Origin: Squalus acanthias
Taxonomy: Eukaryota
Assembly (NCBI GenBank): GCA_030390025.1
Contig: JASTWF010000360.1
Location: 248,001-312,000 of the forward strand
Length of the DNA: 64,000 bases
Reading direction: 5' to 3'
Part shown: positions 9,701-20,297 of the stretch, piece by piece
How positions within the stretch are numbered: the first letter of the stretch is position 1
Layout of the letters: each line of letters begins with the position of its first letter
Position numbers and translations under genes: made by a program
The notes under the pieces: model-generated
What the model saw: the letters and a program-made list of their open reading frames with translations, nothing else
Databases searched by the model: none
Told to the model about the DNA's origin: nothing

Positions 9701-11204
9701 ACTGGGTACAGCAAAAATCTTGGTCAGGGAAGTGTTCTCGCGGTGGGGACTCCCCCGTTTTGTGGAGTCAGACCAAGGGAGTCATTTCACCGGCCAGGTG
9801 ATGCAGACCACCCTCATGCTTTTGGGCATTGAAGGGAAGTGGCACGTAGCACACAATCCCCAGTCATCCGGGATTGTTGAACGTATGAACCGGACCCTGA
9901 AGGAGAAATTGAGGAAAGAGACTAGGAACTCGCCCCAAAAATGGGCGGAAGTTCTGCCTTTAGTCCTCATGGGGGTCCGGGCCAGTCAGTCAAAAAGTAC
10001 GGGGTACTCCCCGCACGAGGTAATGACCGGGAGGCTCATGCGAACCCCCACCCATGTGCTAGCCCCGGTGCTCACTGAGGGTCAGCTCCAAGAGATAAGC
10101 AGGGACAAGTTCGCCCAGACTCTCTTGGAACGCCTGAAGCAAGTTTATGAGCAGGCGGCTGGGAACATGGGAAGGCAGCATCAGGGCAATCGCTTGTTGC
10201 TGGAACCCCGCAAAACGCGGGAGTGGGAAGTAGGAGACCAGGTCATGGTCAGAAACTACGCCAGAGTAGGGAGTCTGGAACCACTGTATATGGGACCCTA
10301 CAACATTGTAGACAAGGCGAGTCCCATGGTTTACGCCGTAAAAGTACCACGGCGCACTAAGTGGTTCCACATAAACCAATGCAAACTGTACCAGCCAGGT
10401 GCGCAGGGGAAAACTACAGGGGTAAATCCCGCCAACGGGAAAGCACAGCCCCAGGTAGGACCACAAGGCACACAGGCAGGCATAGCAGCTTGCATCAGGG
10501 GAAGGGACATCCCGGACGATCATGCAGCGTTTTTCTGGAATTGGGGGTTAGATGAGGAAGAATTCAGGGTACCCTGGTCAGATGAGGATAGTGCAGATGA
10601 GCATAGTGATGATGACGGGTGGTTTCTGAGGAACGGTCTGGAGGGAATGGGGGCTGTAGGTAGAGATCCACACAGGGTGGACACACAAGCTGCAGGTCCC
10701 GAAGACAGGAGGGAGGAGCTAGAGGAGGCAGGGCCAGCCGCTATGGGAGCACAGAGAGTACCGGTGTGGCTCCCAGAGATGTGGCCGCCCGCTTTGAACG
10801 ACCAGTCCTCGGGGGAGGCAGAGATCACGAGTGAAGGGCCGCCTGCTGGGCCGAGCAGGGCGGGGCCACGAACTGCAAGCCCCGAGGTTAGGGAGGCGGA
10901 GTCAGCGGAGGCGGAGCCAGCGACTGTGATGGAACCCCAGGTCATCCCGATGGAAGTCTCGGAACCCGGTCCGTCCGTCACGGAACCCCCGCCCATAGCA
11001 ACTCCCCGTAGGTCAAGTAGAGAACCCCAGCCCAGGAGGATGTGGTCATGTCCCCAGACTGCCCCAAGGCGAAAATTTAAGGTTAAGATAACCCAGATAC
11101 AGACCGGCCACATCGCAGCAGTAACAGGCTGCGGCAGATCAGAGGGAAGGGTCAGTGCCCTCCCACCGTCGGGAAGAGCTCGCAGCAGCCTTCTCAGAAT
11201 TTAA
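6720..11204 (+). CDS. pol: Pol: protease, RT, degenerate RNase H tether, RNase H, integrase, acidic/Pro-rich tail; in frame with gag
   Basis: Protease LLDTGAS; RT LPQGF and YVDD; tether LEVAASGDSLSAVLLQ; RNase H YVDGSS/QQAEL/CSDS/GNRQADALA; integrase HHCC plus IQID/SDQG/VERMN and GPY. Confidence 0.96.
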   Translation, partial: LEPAQPVYLCPLSYDAWRRPVVEMEVEKQKGSYLLDTGASCTIIHTDNPFDSPLSTKVPFTLAGFTGKEQAGTFSLPLSIRLGTLRLKWKCILMAWQKGGGRGILGSDLLAGHGILVDLRNHCLWGAKGEKGEVIVIPGEEETGVLCTVQPSGGYDLRLMVADVPTDMQTYVSDNMHAFATHKHNCGRVVGFEVSVDGDPMTRPQKQYNFPKEAEPDMETAMSSLVQQGVLRPIATHVNSPLWPVRKPDNSWRATVDYRVLNSNIPACAPTVAAVADLIGSIPASATTFTVLDISNGFWSIPLRREDQYKFAFTFKGQQYTWNCLPQGFHNSPSIFHQCMAGSLKEFSQPNQIVQYVDDLLLFTDSREEHGPLLDELLELLARKGFKINPKKARIGQREVKFLGLTIRAGERAIDKARRESVQELPIPNNVRGVRSFLGLTGYCRDFIEDYAATAAPLLRLLHKGVEWFWDEGCQAAFEKLKRDLQTAPALGAIDGGKEFSLEVAASGDSLSAVLLQERHGKLRPVVYSSRVLTDVERSFSNCERHLLATHWAVKRSAIFTGLSPITLLTHHTPTKMLLDGRIKDGTVSSARIARWTLLLSQLDLRVKGLCEPRLAANLVYPGTAHRCSVEGVWDVNIGLRAGIHPTGREIYVDGSSTVSAGERLTGCGVYDPAADLALAIKLPSTMSAQQAELSAVVYVVTHPDIFPTPYTICSDSMFTCNSCTEYLAIWSRRGYTSADGRPLTVKPLLEKILAAAVGEEGEIFIHKVKAHSSTEPRGEGNRQADALAREGARDGTFWNPYRTGPIAAVRGGDGNPGNTRVALPLDLKTVQTQDPALKAVLKTIAEGRQVEGPYSTATLSVKEGMLFREEQWVVPQQHRREFLQLAHEGPGAGHPGPEVTWQRVEQAGWWPGLREQVREFCANCLVCAANNPDPQKRKVPMGHVRRVEGPWQSIQIDYIGPLPTTQGGYKYCLVLVDVFSKWVEAFPCRTATALGTAKILVREVFSRWGLPRFVESDQGSHFTGQVMQTTLMLLGIEGKWHVAHNPQSSGIVERMNRTLKEKLRKETRNSPQKWAEVLPLVLMGVRASQSKSTGYSPHEVMTGRLMRTPTHVLAPVLTEGQLQEISRDKFAQTLLERLKQVYEQAAGNMGRQHQGNRLLLEPRKTREWEVGDQVMVRNYARVGSLEPLYMGPYNIVDKASPMVYAVKVPRRTKWFHINQCKLYQPGAQGKTTGVNPANGKAQPQVGPQGTQAGIAACIRGRDIPDDHAAFFWNWGLDEEEFRVPWSDEDSADEHSDDDGWFLRNGLEGMGAVGRDPHRVDTQAAGPEDRREELEEAGPAAMGAQRVPVWLPEMWPPALNDQSSGEAEITSEGPPAGPSRAGPRTASPEVREAESAEAEPATVMEPQVIPMEVSEPGPSVTEPPPIATPRRSSREPQPRRMWSCPQTAPRRKFKVKITQIQTGHIAAVTGCGRSEGRVSALPPSGRARSSLLRI

Positions 11205-11490
11205 AGGGGCCGCCCTGAGAACGGGCGGCACTGTAAAGTTAGAAGTTCTAAGTTTTAAGTTCATAGTTCAAGGTTAAGTTTATAGTTTTAATAAGGTTAA
11301 GTTTGTAGTGTTTTTAACAGAAAACGATAAAATGATGGGGGTTTTAAAGATAGGTTTAGTTGAAGTTTATTCAGCGAACGTTGAAGTTTACGTGAGGCGA
11401 GGTCAGGGGACCCGCTCACCCTTCACAAAAGCCAGAGACTCTTGCGAGGCTGGCTACCTCATTCTATCTGATCACAGGAACCAAGGAAGG

Positions 11491-13842
11491 ATGGAACAAA
11501 TTCTAGTATTGCTCGTGGCAATCGGATGTGGATTGGCCTATCGAGGCCGCACCAAGGATGTCGTGGTGTTTGGATGTTCCGGGGACACGGCCCCCATCGC
11601 GGTGGATGGGACCGGAAGACGGGAGGCAGAGGAGACCAGCACCTATTTCCACAAGGGAAGGTGGCCAGGATGGCTGGGAACGAACTCAACGGAGTATTCC
11701 AGCACATCGGGGTTTGCCTACAAAGAGACTTCTTTACTGTGCCCCAAAGTAAGGATCATCGCACCCAGGATCAGCGTCACCGTCGGCAAACGGATTTGTT
11801 TGACTTGTAGTGGGAAGGTCCCATTGAGCCGATGGTGGTGGCTGCGAAAGCTGAGCAACACTATGAGGAACTCTTCGGTCGAGTGGGAACGACTGGGTAA
11901 TAATACCCATCGGACAATTACGGGGACAGACGGACAAGTGAAAGTCTGTTGGGACAAATGGTGGGAACCGGATGAGGGAATTTATGTATGTATGTGGGGG
12001 TCAAAGTACGTTTGCCCCAAAGGCATCTCCATATTTTTTATTAATCAATGGCAGGATAACGGACAGGGGATGAGGTGGGATGCGAGCACCAGGGGGTGCG
12101 GAGCCCCATTCTCCCCGATCCCAGTAAATGCCACTGAGCTCATTACGCGCCCACGCAAAGCCCCGCCCACGATTCCGGTGGTTCTAGCTGAGGAAGAAGG
12201 GTGCCCTAAAACTAGTAAGGGACCCGGGAATGGTTTGGTACTGGTCCCCACAGACCAGATACTATTTCAGGGGGTACATTACGCGGTGGCCTCGGTGATT
12301 TTAAATCTCACCGAGGTGCGGTTACCAGAGTGGTGCCCCAAAAAGACGGAACAGTTGTATCAGGTCCTGTTGACCAAGATGTTCAGACAATTTTACGAAT
12401 TCGATTTCGCGGAAATTGATAAAACAAGTTTATACACCGCACCACAGGAAGTTCTGAATCAAGCAGGGAGGCAAAGAAGGGGTTTGGTGAACGATGCGTT
12501 CACCGCTTTTAACACAGGTACATCTGTGGTCAACGCTCTAGACAGTGTGGAGCTGCAGACCCAGATTAATGGTTTAAAGACACAATTAAAGGACATTCTA
12601 ACAGATGAGAATAAAGTGGTAGGGTCGGGTCTACACGAGGACCAAGCCATGACTCTCCATTTAAAGGAAATTATAGCAGAGTTGGAGAAACATGCAAAGA
12701 CGGTAAATGCCCTGATTAGGGAAGATCGGAATGCATCCGATCAAGCTGCGCAGAACGAGGTGTGCGTGCTTTACGGGGCGTGGTTACTGGGCGAGGGCCG
12801 CAGTAATTTGGAGGATTTAAAACAAGGTTTGGTTCCGTCCTGGATAAGTAACAAACACCTGCGGGCGCTCCACCCTTTTCAGAATGCATTAAGTCCGTGC
12901 CAACTCAGGCTAGCTTCAGAAGCTTACCCAGTCCCCGTGGACTGCGGACGTTCAAACCACACTATTATGGGAATAGTATTACGCATGCCGGTTTTGGGCG
13001 ACACAGCAAAGCCCGCCCCGGTGTATCGGGTAGAGAACATTGGTGTCATTCAGGGGGGAGCCCACATTCGTTACGCAGCGGTTCCACCTTACGTCATCCG
13101 CTGGGAGCAAACGATGACAGGTACAGATCTCTCTGGTTGTCGTGGCAGGGGAGCACACATAATACTGTGCCCCCAGCACTTGAATGCCTTTTTAACACCA
13201 CAGTGCGGGTTCAGAACGACTGGCGCCAAGTCCATGAATTGCACCATGGAGGCAATGGCACAAGATCATGTGCCTCCGCAGGTAGCATACATCGGGGGTG
13301 GAACATATTGTGTTACCACTGCAGCGCAACACTACCAGCATGGAAACCGTAGCCGGTGTCCGGTGAGTGACAGCAGTTTCTGTTTTAAACCCAGGGCGGA
13401 AGTTCAAGTAGCACAACAGCGAATTATCCCAATCCCTGAACCATCCACTGTTCATCTCACAGTAAAAGAGAATTTCACCGACTTGCAGCGATTCGTCGCG
13501 CATTTTGGATACCTCATTCCCCCTCTCCCTGAACACCTCACCAAGCTTTTAAAAGCCGTCGCGGTGTCACAGAAACACTTTTACACATTAGAACAGAAAA
13601 CTGTCGAAATAGGAACAGACATTTTGGATATAGTGATTCCACCGTGGTGGAATCTGTTCACTAATATTGAAGTGCCTTCATGGATCAGAATAGCCTCCCA
13701 CATTTTAGTCGTATGTCAAGTGTTTATTGTAGTGTACCTATTGGTCGTACATTGTAAAAGAGACAAGCGCCTCACTAAGCATGAAAACACGGGAGAGTGG
13801 CGAGAACGTTACGTGCGCGTGCACGATGAAAGTACCGTGTGA
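11491..13842 (+). CDS. env: Envelope glycoprotein: signal peptide, Ig-like domain, furin site, fusion-protein-like ectodomain, TM anchor
   Basis: MEQILVLLVAIGCGLA signal at 11491 behind a candidate acceptor (tctgatcacAG, 11477). RQRR|GLV at 12469-12480 is followed by a heptad repeat, a Cys-rich region and the TM segment ILVVCQVFIVVYLLVV. Confidence 0.88.
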   Translation: MEQILVLLVAIGCGLAYRGRTKDVVVFGCSGDTAPIAVDGTGRREAEETSTYFHKGRWPGWLGTNSTEYSSTSGFAYKETSLLCPKVRIIAPRISVTVGKRICLTCSGKVPLSRWWWLRKLSNTMRNSSVEWERLGNNTHRTITGTDGQVKVCWDKWWEPDEGIYVCMWGSKYVCPKGISIFFINQWQDNGQGMRWDASTRGCGAPFSPIPVNATELITRPRKAPPTIPVVLAEEEGCPKTSKGPGNGLVLVPTDQILFQGVHYAVASVILNLTEVRLPEWCPKKTEQLYQVLLTKMFRQFYEFDFAEIDKTSLYTAPQEVLNQAGRQRRGLVNDAFTAFNTGTSVVNALDSVELQTQINGLKTQLKDILTDENKVVGSGLHEDQAMTLHLKEIIAELEKHAKTVNALIREDRNASDQAAQNEVCVLYGAWLLGEGRSNLEDLKQGLVPSWISNKHLRALHPFQNALSPCQLRLASEAYPVPVDCGRSNHTIMGIVLRMPVLGDTAKPAPVYRVENIGVIQGGAHIRYAAVPPYVIRWEQTMTGTDLSGCRGRGAHIILCPQHLNAFLTPQCGFRTTGAKSMNCTMEAMAQDHVPPQVAYIGGGTYCVTTAAQHYQHGNRSRCPVSDSSFCFKPRAEVQVAQQRIIPIPEPSTVHLTVKENFTDLQRFVAHFGYLIPPLPEHLTKLLKAVAVSQKHFYTLEQKTVEIGTDILDIVIPPWWNLFTNIEVPSWIRIASHILVVCQVFIVVYLLVVHCKRDKRLTKHENTGEWRERYVRVHDESTV

Positions 13843-14270
13843 TCGGAAGATGGCGTCACTCCCGCGCGCCACGTGCGCCGCGGAAGCTTGTACTCAATGA
13901 TGATTTTTCAGGGATTGTAAATACGTTGGAAACTCGACATGTTTTAAGAGTTGGGGTTTGATTACTTTGGTGATGGTGTTGATTGTTTGGTTTTGGGTTT
14001 TGTTTTTCCTTTCCCTGAATAAAAGATGAATATACAGGTGATACGAGAGGCATCGGCCTGGTTACGCCGGGAAGGAAAACAAGTGGTGTAAGTTTAAGGG
14101 CAAATAATGCCTACGGTGATATAAAATGTAATTTTCTTGGGAAATAAGGACGACACAGAGACCCTAGCTAGGTTAAAGTTATGGGATTAATTTGCTGGAT
14201 TCGGAGAGAAATCGAGATAATATTGCTCACCACTATGATTTTTGATACGATAAGCGGAGTTATTCGCATC

Positions 14271-14282
14271 AACAGGAGGGAC
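14271..14282 (+). promoter_or_regulatory. Short polypurine tract
   Basis: AACAGGAGGGAC immediately before the 3' LTR TG. Confidence 0.6.
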
Positions 14283-15903
14283 TGTAGAATTCGCAATATA
14301 TCGCGATTTTATTAATAAGGAGAAAACACAGAGTTTCGTTCAAACAGCTTTTATTTCAGCAGAATGCTGACAGGTTTAAAGTGGACACAAGCAGCCTGTA
14401 AAATGGCCGCAGCACCTCGTGAGAGAACATTCTAGACTTTTCAACAGGCAGACAAGATGGCGTTCCAATAAACATTTGTGCAAGATCGATTAAGAGTCAG
14501 CACAGTGAAGATAATACACGAGACATTATGGGTTTGCAGTATACACATAAATACTGAAATCGGTCTCCCAGGTACAAAGGAAAGCCATTGTACCGAGTAA
14601 TCAAGGGCCCATCCAAAAGACATTAATATGTAAAATCCCAACGACTCTACGATGAGAGAGCCGTTAGCAGGTAGTTATACAGGACACTTGGAAGCCCCAA
14701 ACCCCTCCAGGGAGAACACCGACCGATTTAACAATGGGAGAAATATTAACAGGTACTCAGACATTTACGAGTAGCCCCGAAACCCATTAAGAACGGAGAT
14801 CACCCATACAAGACATTTGAGCGCCAAACCCTAAACAAAAGAATGGACATTATAGTTGGGCGGGAAACGGAAGATTTTTCACTATAATTGCAGGCTCCAA
14901 ACCGTCCATCTTTCGCTTGCTGCTCTTATCATCGTGGCTGCTCCTGTGTACTCGTAGTTGGGCTTCTGCTTGCCTGTTGCCTCTTCTGAAAAGACTGTTG
15001 AACTTTCTGATCCGTTCGGATCTACCTCGTGTCGCGTAACGAAGACCTATATTGGTAACCGGTATCGGAACCAAAAGGCCCGAGAAGAGATGAGATGAGA
15101 TGAGATGAGAAGAGAGGAAGACCATATCCATCGCCACGGTCAGTAAATCCCGACCGCGCCTGTAGGTCGATTAGCCAAGTTTTCCTCGCCAGGAAGACTT
15201 CTTCGAACTTATAACGAAACATATTGCATCGATGATAACTGGACTGTGCCCAAAGTAACTGGAATGTGAAAGCCACCAATACAGATCTTCATCACAGCAG
15301 ACGTTCCAGCCTGCTAGCCGGAGCAGCAGAAGCAAGTAAACAAGTGGGACCAGGAGATCTCCTGACCGACACGTGGGTGCTGCGGTGAAAAACATCCGAT
15401 CAGCTATTCGGAATTTCTCCGAGTTATCACGAGTGGTGAGCATGAGTCTCGAGATCCTACGAATCTAGTTTAGGATAGATATTGATAGGGGAGGGTTTCA
15501 GGATTAAGGATATTTGTAATGTGTGCCCCTATTTACTTTGTGCCGTTCGTTCCTCGTTTCCCTAAGATCGACTATATAACTGTTTGTAAGATTGTACTGT
15601 CATTAATCTGTGCTTATGACATGTATTTCATAATTTAAGTATCATGCAATAAAGATTTTCCATTTCGTACCATTCAAACCGAGTCTACATGAGTTTCATC
15701 TCCATTACTGCTCTCGCATCTAAGTCCAGTGTCTAGAACCGTAAGGGAGAGTGATTCGAACCACTCACAGGTGTGTCTAGTGTTCCCAGACTGGCTGGAG
15801 ACCAGAACAGGCAACGAGGCCTAGACCCGCACTGACATACAGGCTGCACAGAGCCGCGTGAATCTCACAGGCTGCGAGACACGCAGGGCCAGAATCCCTT
15901 ACA
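14283..15903 (+). repeat. 3' LTR (1621 bp)
   Basis: Copy of 3283-4903; the only difference I could see is C3411 vs A14411. Confidence 0.97.
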
Positions 15904-16004
15904 ACACAGAAACAGGAGGAGGCCATTTAGCCCCCTCGAGCCTGTTACACAGGAACAGGAGGAGGCCATTCACACTTCGATTACTTTTTACTTCTTTACA
16001 CTCA

Positions 16005-16570
16005 CCGGTCCGCGCTGACTGGTCTCCCGCTGTGTAAAGTCCTGCCGTCGCTGATACCGTCTCCAATTTGGGCCGCGCTGCCCGGTCTCCCGCTGTGTAA
16101 AGTCCTGCCGCCGCTGATACCGTCTCCAATTAGGGCCGCGCTGCCCGGTCTCCCGCTGTGTAAATACCGCCGCTGATACCGCCTCCAATTAGGGCCGCGC
16201 TGCCTGATCTCCCGCTGTGTAAATACCGCCGCTGATACCGTCTCCAATTAGGGCCGCGCTGCCCGGTCTCCCGCTGTGTAAATACCGCCGCTGATACCGC
16301 CTCCAATTAGGGCCGCGCTGCCCGGTCTCCCGCTGTCTAAATACCGCCGCTGATACCGCCTCCAATTAGGGCAGAGTAAATAAAGAGCGCAGCAGAGCTT
16401 GGCCCGAGGGCGGAGGCAGTGGGCCCGAGTGAGAGGGAGAGAGGAGGTGGAGTAAATAAAGAGCGCAGCAGAGCAAGGCCCGAGGGCGGAGGCAGCGGAC
16501 CCGAGTGGGAGGGAGAGAGGAGGCAGAGTAAATAAAGAGCGCAGCAGAGCAAGGCCCGAGGGCGGAGGCT
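16005..16570. repeat. Two GC-rich tandem arrays (about 59-62 bp x about 6, then about 75 bp x about 3)
   Basis: Repeats of GGTCTCCCGCTGTGTAAATACCGCCGCTGATACC..., then AGTAAATAAAGAGCGCAGCAGAGC...GGCCCGAGGGCGGAGGC. Confidence 0.85.
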
Positions 16571-17782
16571 TGCTAACACAGGAACATGTATCAGCACATG
16601 ATCCCAGATCCTACTTGGCAAACAGTAGCTGTATCCTGGCCAATAAAGCAGATTGCCTTTCTTTAGACTCAAAGGCGCCGATTTTTCAGTCCGAGGCTTG
16701 GGTGCAGGACAGCTGCCTTCCAGGTACCAGTCCCGCCCCCAACGTCATCCGGCCCACGAACGTCATTTCCTTGATTGGTCTTGTTAAGCCCGCCCTGCGT
16801 CATCTGCCGGTTCTAAGTCTAAATGCATTAAAAATTAATTTCCCAACATTTTCTTACCTCAGAAACTCACCAGTGCACCATTGGATCCTTCACACCACTT
16901 CTGCAGCTGTCATCAATGCAGAAACATCACAGTAGACTTGCTACACACCACACTTACCTGGCGTGGTGTCCGGATTTCGGGAAGCCCGAAGTGGAAGTGG
17001 CAAAATTGCAAAAAGACCCTGTTAACTGCCTGTTCACAACCTGTCAACAGGCAGGTAAGTGGCTATAATCCTTTTCCCGCCGCTAGGTGTCGGGTCCATG
17101 CGCCAATCGGGGACCCGACACTTGGGAAGATTGATTGGAGACGGGTTGACAGCGGGTTTCCTACCCGCTGTCAATCTTTGCGATTTTGCCAGTGGTCCCG
17201 CCCCCTGAGCGCCGGCAAAATTCAAGGGACTACAAGCCTAGTCCATGCAGAGGCATTGCCAAGTCCCACCGGATGTAGGACTGCTGATCATGTTTTTCTT
17301 TTTAACTCTTCCCTGCCATAGTTTAATTCCTCATTGACCTCGGCCCTCTTTTAGTTTCACCCTGGGTGGTGTCCCTGCCATATGGCCCTTGACCCTCCAC
17401 CCTGGTTTGATCATGTGTGAAATGAGGAAGGCACAAGGGTGCAGTTGTGCTGACGGGAGGGTGGGAAGGCAAGAGGTGCATGCCAGAAGGAGGATAACAT
17501 ACGAGGATACCCGCATCTTGTATCCTTTCAGCCCAGCCACTGGCCAAGGGCTCAACCAAGCCCCTGCCAAGAATGGCCTGCACCATCTCCTCCAAGGGGG
17601 TGAGGTGAGGCTAGGAATGGGAGATGTGCCTCGTGATTGGTGAAGATTGTTGGTAGGTGAGTGATTTGTGTTGTGTATTGAGCAGTGTGTGAGGCTAGTG
17701 GTGCTTTTTGAAGATGCATTCACTGACCTTGACCAGTGGTCTGAGGTCATGAAGCTTCTTTGGGTACTGGAGCCAGGTGGTA

Positions 17783-18460
17783 GATAGAATCATAGAAGAA
17801 TCATAGAAAGTTACAGCACGGAAGGAGGCCATTTCGGCCCATCGTGTCCGCGCCGGCCAACAAAGAGCTATCCAGCCTAATCCCACTACCCAGCTCTTGG
17901 TCCGTAGCCCTGCAGGTTAGAGCATCCCAAGGGCACATCCAAGTACTTTTTAAATGTGGTTAGGGTTCCTGCCTCTACCACCCTTTGAGGCAGTGAGTTC
18001 CAGATCCCCACAACCCTCTGGGTGAAGAAATTTCCCCTCAAATCCCCTCTAAACCTTCCCCCAATTACTTTGAATCTGTGCCCCCTGGTTTTTGACCCCT
18101 CTGCTAAGGGAAATAGGTCCTTTCTATCCACTTTATCTTTGCCCCTCATAATTTTATACACCTCAATAAGGTCGCCCCTCAGCCTCCTCTGTTCCAAGGA
18201 AAACAGACCCAGCCTATCCAGTCTTTCCTCATAGCTAAGATTCTCTACTCCCGGCAACATCCTTGTAAATCTCCTCTGTACCCTCTCTAGTGCAATCACA
18301 TCTTTCCTGTAATGTGGTGACCAGAACTGCACGCAGTACTCTAGCTGAGGCCTAACTAGTGTTTTATACAGTTGAAGCATAATCCCCCTGCTCTTGTATT
18401 CTATGCCACGGCTAATAAAGGCAAGCATTCCGTATGCCTTCTTAGCCACCTTATCTACTT
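17783..18460 (-). mobile_element. CR1 3' fragment
   Basis: RPQLEYCVQFWSP...NFFTQRVV in ORF 17886-18485, with a (TTCTATGA)-type tail. Confidence 0.9.
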
Positions 18461-18695
18461 GATTATTGCCCTGATGGCTACACAAGTGATTTAGAACATG
18501 CCTTACTAACCAAAGCCTGTGACCGTAATTACCCGTTGATTATTAAAATAAATGAGATATCCTGGGCTGCTGCTCGTGTCAGGTTCGGGTTTAATAAGGT
18601 CAGGAGCATTATACCACGTAATGCACAATATTCTAAAGTGCAGCTGTATCTAACAAGGTGCAATTGCTGTGCCCTCCTCAGATCAATTAGTGGAT

Positions 18696-20297
18696 ACAGG
18701 AGTTCTCCCCGGTGTCCTGGCCAATATTTATCCCTTACCCAACACCACTAAAACATTATCTGGTCATTATCACATTGCTGTATGTGGGAGCTTGCTGTGC
18801 GCAAATTGGCTGCCGTGTTTCCTACGCGAGTGGCGAATGTTGTTCCTCTCTTCAAGAAAGGAAATAGGAATGACCCTGGTAATTATAGGCCGGTTAGTCT
18901 TACTTCGGTGGTTGGTAAGATTATGGAAAAGATCCTGAGGGATAGGATTTATGACCATTTGGAAAGGGGCAACTTAATCAGGGATAGTCAACACGGATTC
19001 GTGAAGGGTAAGTCTTGCCTAACAAATTTGATTGAATTCTTTGAGGAGGTAACTAAGTGTGTAGATGAAGGTAGAGCAGTTGATGTCGTATACATGGATT
19101 TTAGTAAGGCGTTTGATAAGGTTCCCCATGGTCGGCTCATGAAGAAAGTAAGGAGTTGTGGGATAGAGGGAAATTTGGCCGATTGGATAAGTAACTGGCT
19201 ATCTCATAGAAGGCAGAGGGTGGTGGTGGATGGAACATTTTCGGACTGGAGACCAGTTACCAGCGGTGTGCCACAGGGGTCGGTGCTGCGTCCTCTGCTG
19301 TTTGTGATTTTTATCAATGACTTGGAGGAGGGGACTGAAGGGTGGATCAGTAAATTTGCTGATGACACCAAGATTGGTGGAGCAGTGGATGAGGTGGAGG
19401 GCTGTTGTAGGCTGCAAAGAGACATTGATAGGATGCAGAGCTGGGCCGAAAAATGGCAGATGGAATTTAACCCTGATAAGTGCGAGGTGATTCATTTTGG
19501 TAGGGCAAATTTGAATAAGGATTACAGGGTCAACGGCAGGGTTCTGAGGAACGTGGAGGAGCAGAGGGATCTGGGGGTTCATATCCACAGATCTCTGAAG
19601 GTTGCCACTCAAGTGGATAGAGCAATAAAGAAGGCCTATGGTGTGTTGGCGTTTATTAACAGAGGGTTTGAGTTTAAGAACCGTGAGGTTATGCTGCAAC
19701 TGTACAGGACCTTGGTGAGACCACATTTGGAATATTGTGTGCAGTTCTGGTCACCTCACTATAGGAAGGACGTGGAAGCATTGGAAAGAGTGCAAAGGAG
19801 ATTTACCAGGATGCTGCCTGGTTTGCGGGGGAGGTCTTATGAGGAAAGATTGAGGGAGTTGGGGCTTTTCTCTTTAGAGCGGAGGAGGATGAGAGGCGAC
19901 TTAATAGAGGTTTATAAGATGATGAGGGGGATAGATAGAGTGGATGTTCAGAGACTATTTCCTCGGGTAGAGGCAGCTGTTACAAGGGAGCATAACTATA
20001 AGGTGCATGGGGGGAGATATAGAAGGGATGTCCGAGGTAGATTCTTTACTCAGAGAGTGGTTGGGGTGTGGAATGGACTGCCTGCTGTGATAGTGGAGTC
20101 GGACACTTTAGGAACTTTCAAGCGGTTATTGGATAAGCACATGGAGCACACCAGAGTGATAGGGAGTGTGATAGCTTGATCTTGGTCTCGGACAATGCTC
20201 GGCACAACATCGAGGGCCGAAGGGCCTGTACTGTGCTGTACTGTTCTATGTTCTATGTTCTATGTTCTATTACAACAGTGACTACACTTCAAAAGTA
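18696..20297 (+). mobile_element. Deu-SINE fragment (18696-18823 and about 20270-20297) split by a 5'-truncated CR1 (about 18824-20270)
   Basis: Deu-domain text ...GCTGCCGTGTTTCCTAC resumes as ATTACAACAGTGACTACACTTCAAAA after a CR1 RT ORF (to 20179) and a (TTCTATG)n tail. Confidence 0.85.

Larger units (their letters stand above)
3283..15903 (+). mobile_element. Full-length endogenous retrovirus, lokiretrovirus-like (LTR-gag-pol-env-LTR)
   Basis: TG...CA LTRs exactly 11000 bp apart, ACAC TSD at 3279-3282 and 15904-15907, PBS, purine tract, three uninterrupted ORFs. Confidence 0.95.

Noticed and set aside
10520..11113. 197-aa antisense ORF over the pol tail
   Set aside because: GC-rich shadow of the sense ORF with no independent features.
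11308..11490. Extended env N-terminus in the ORF track
   Set aside because: Starts at GTG in a low-complexity spacer; the signal peptide and candidate acceptor point to ATG 11491.
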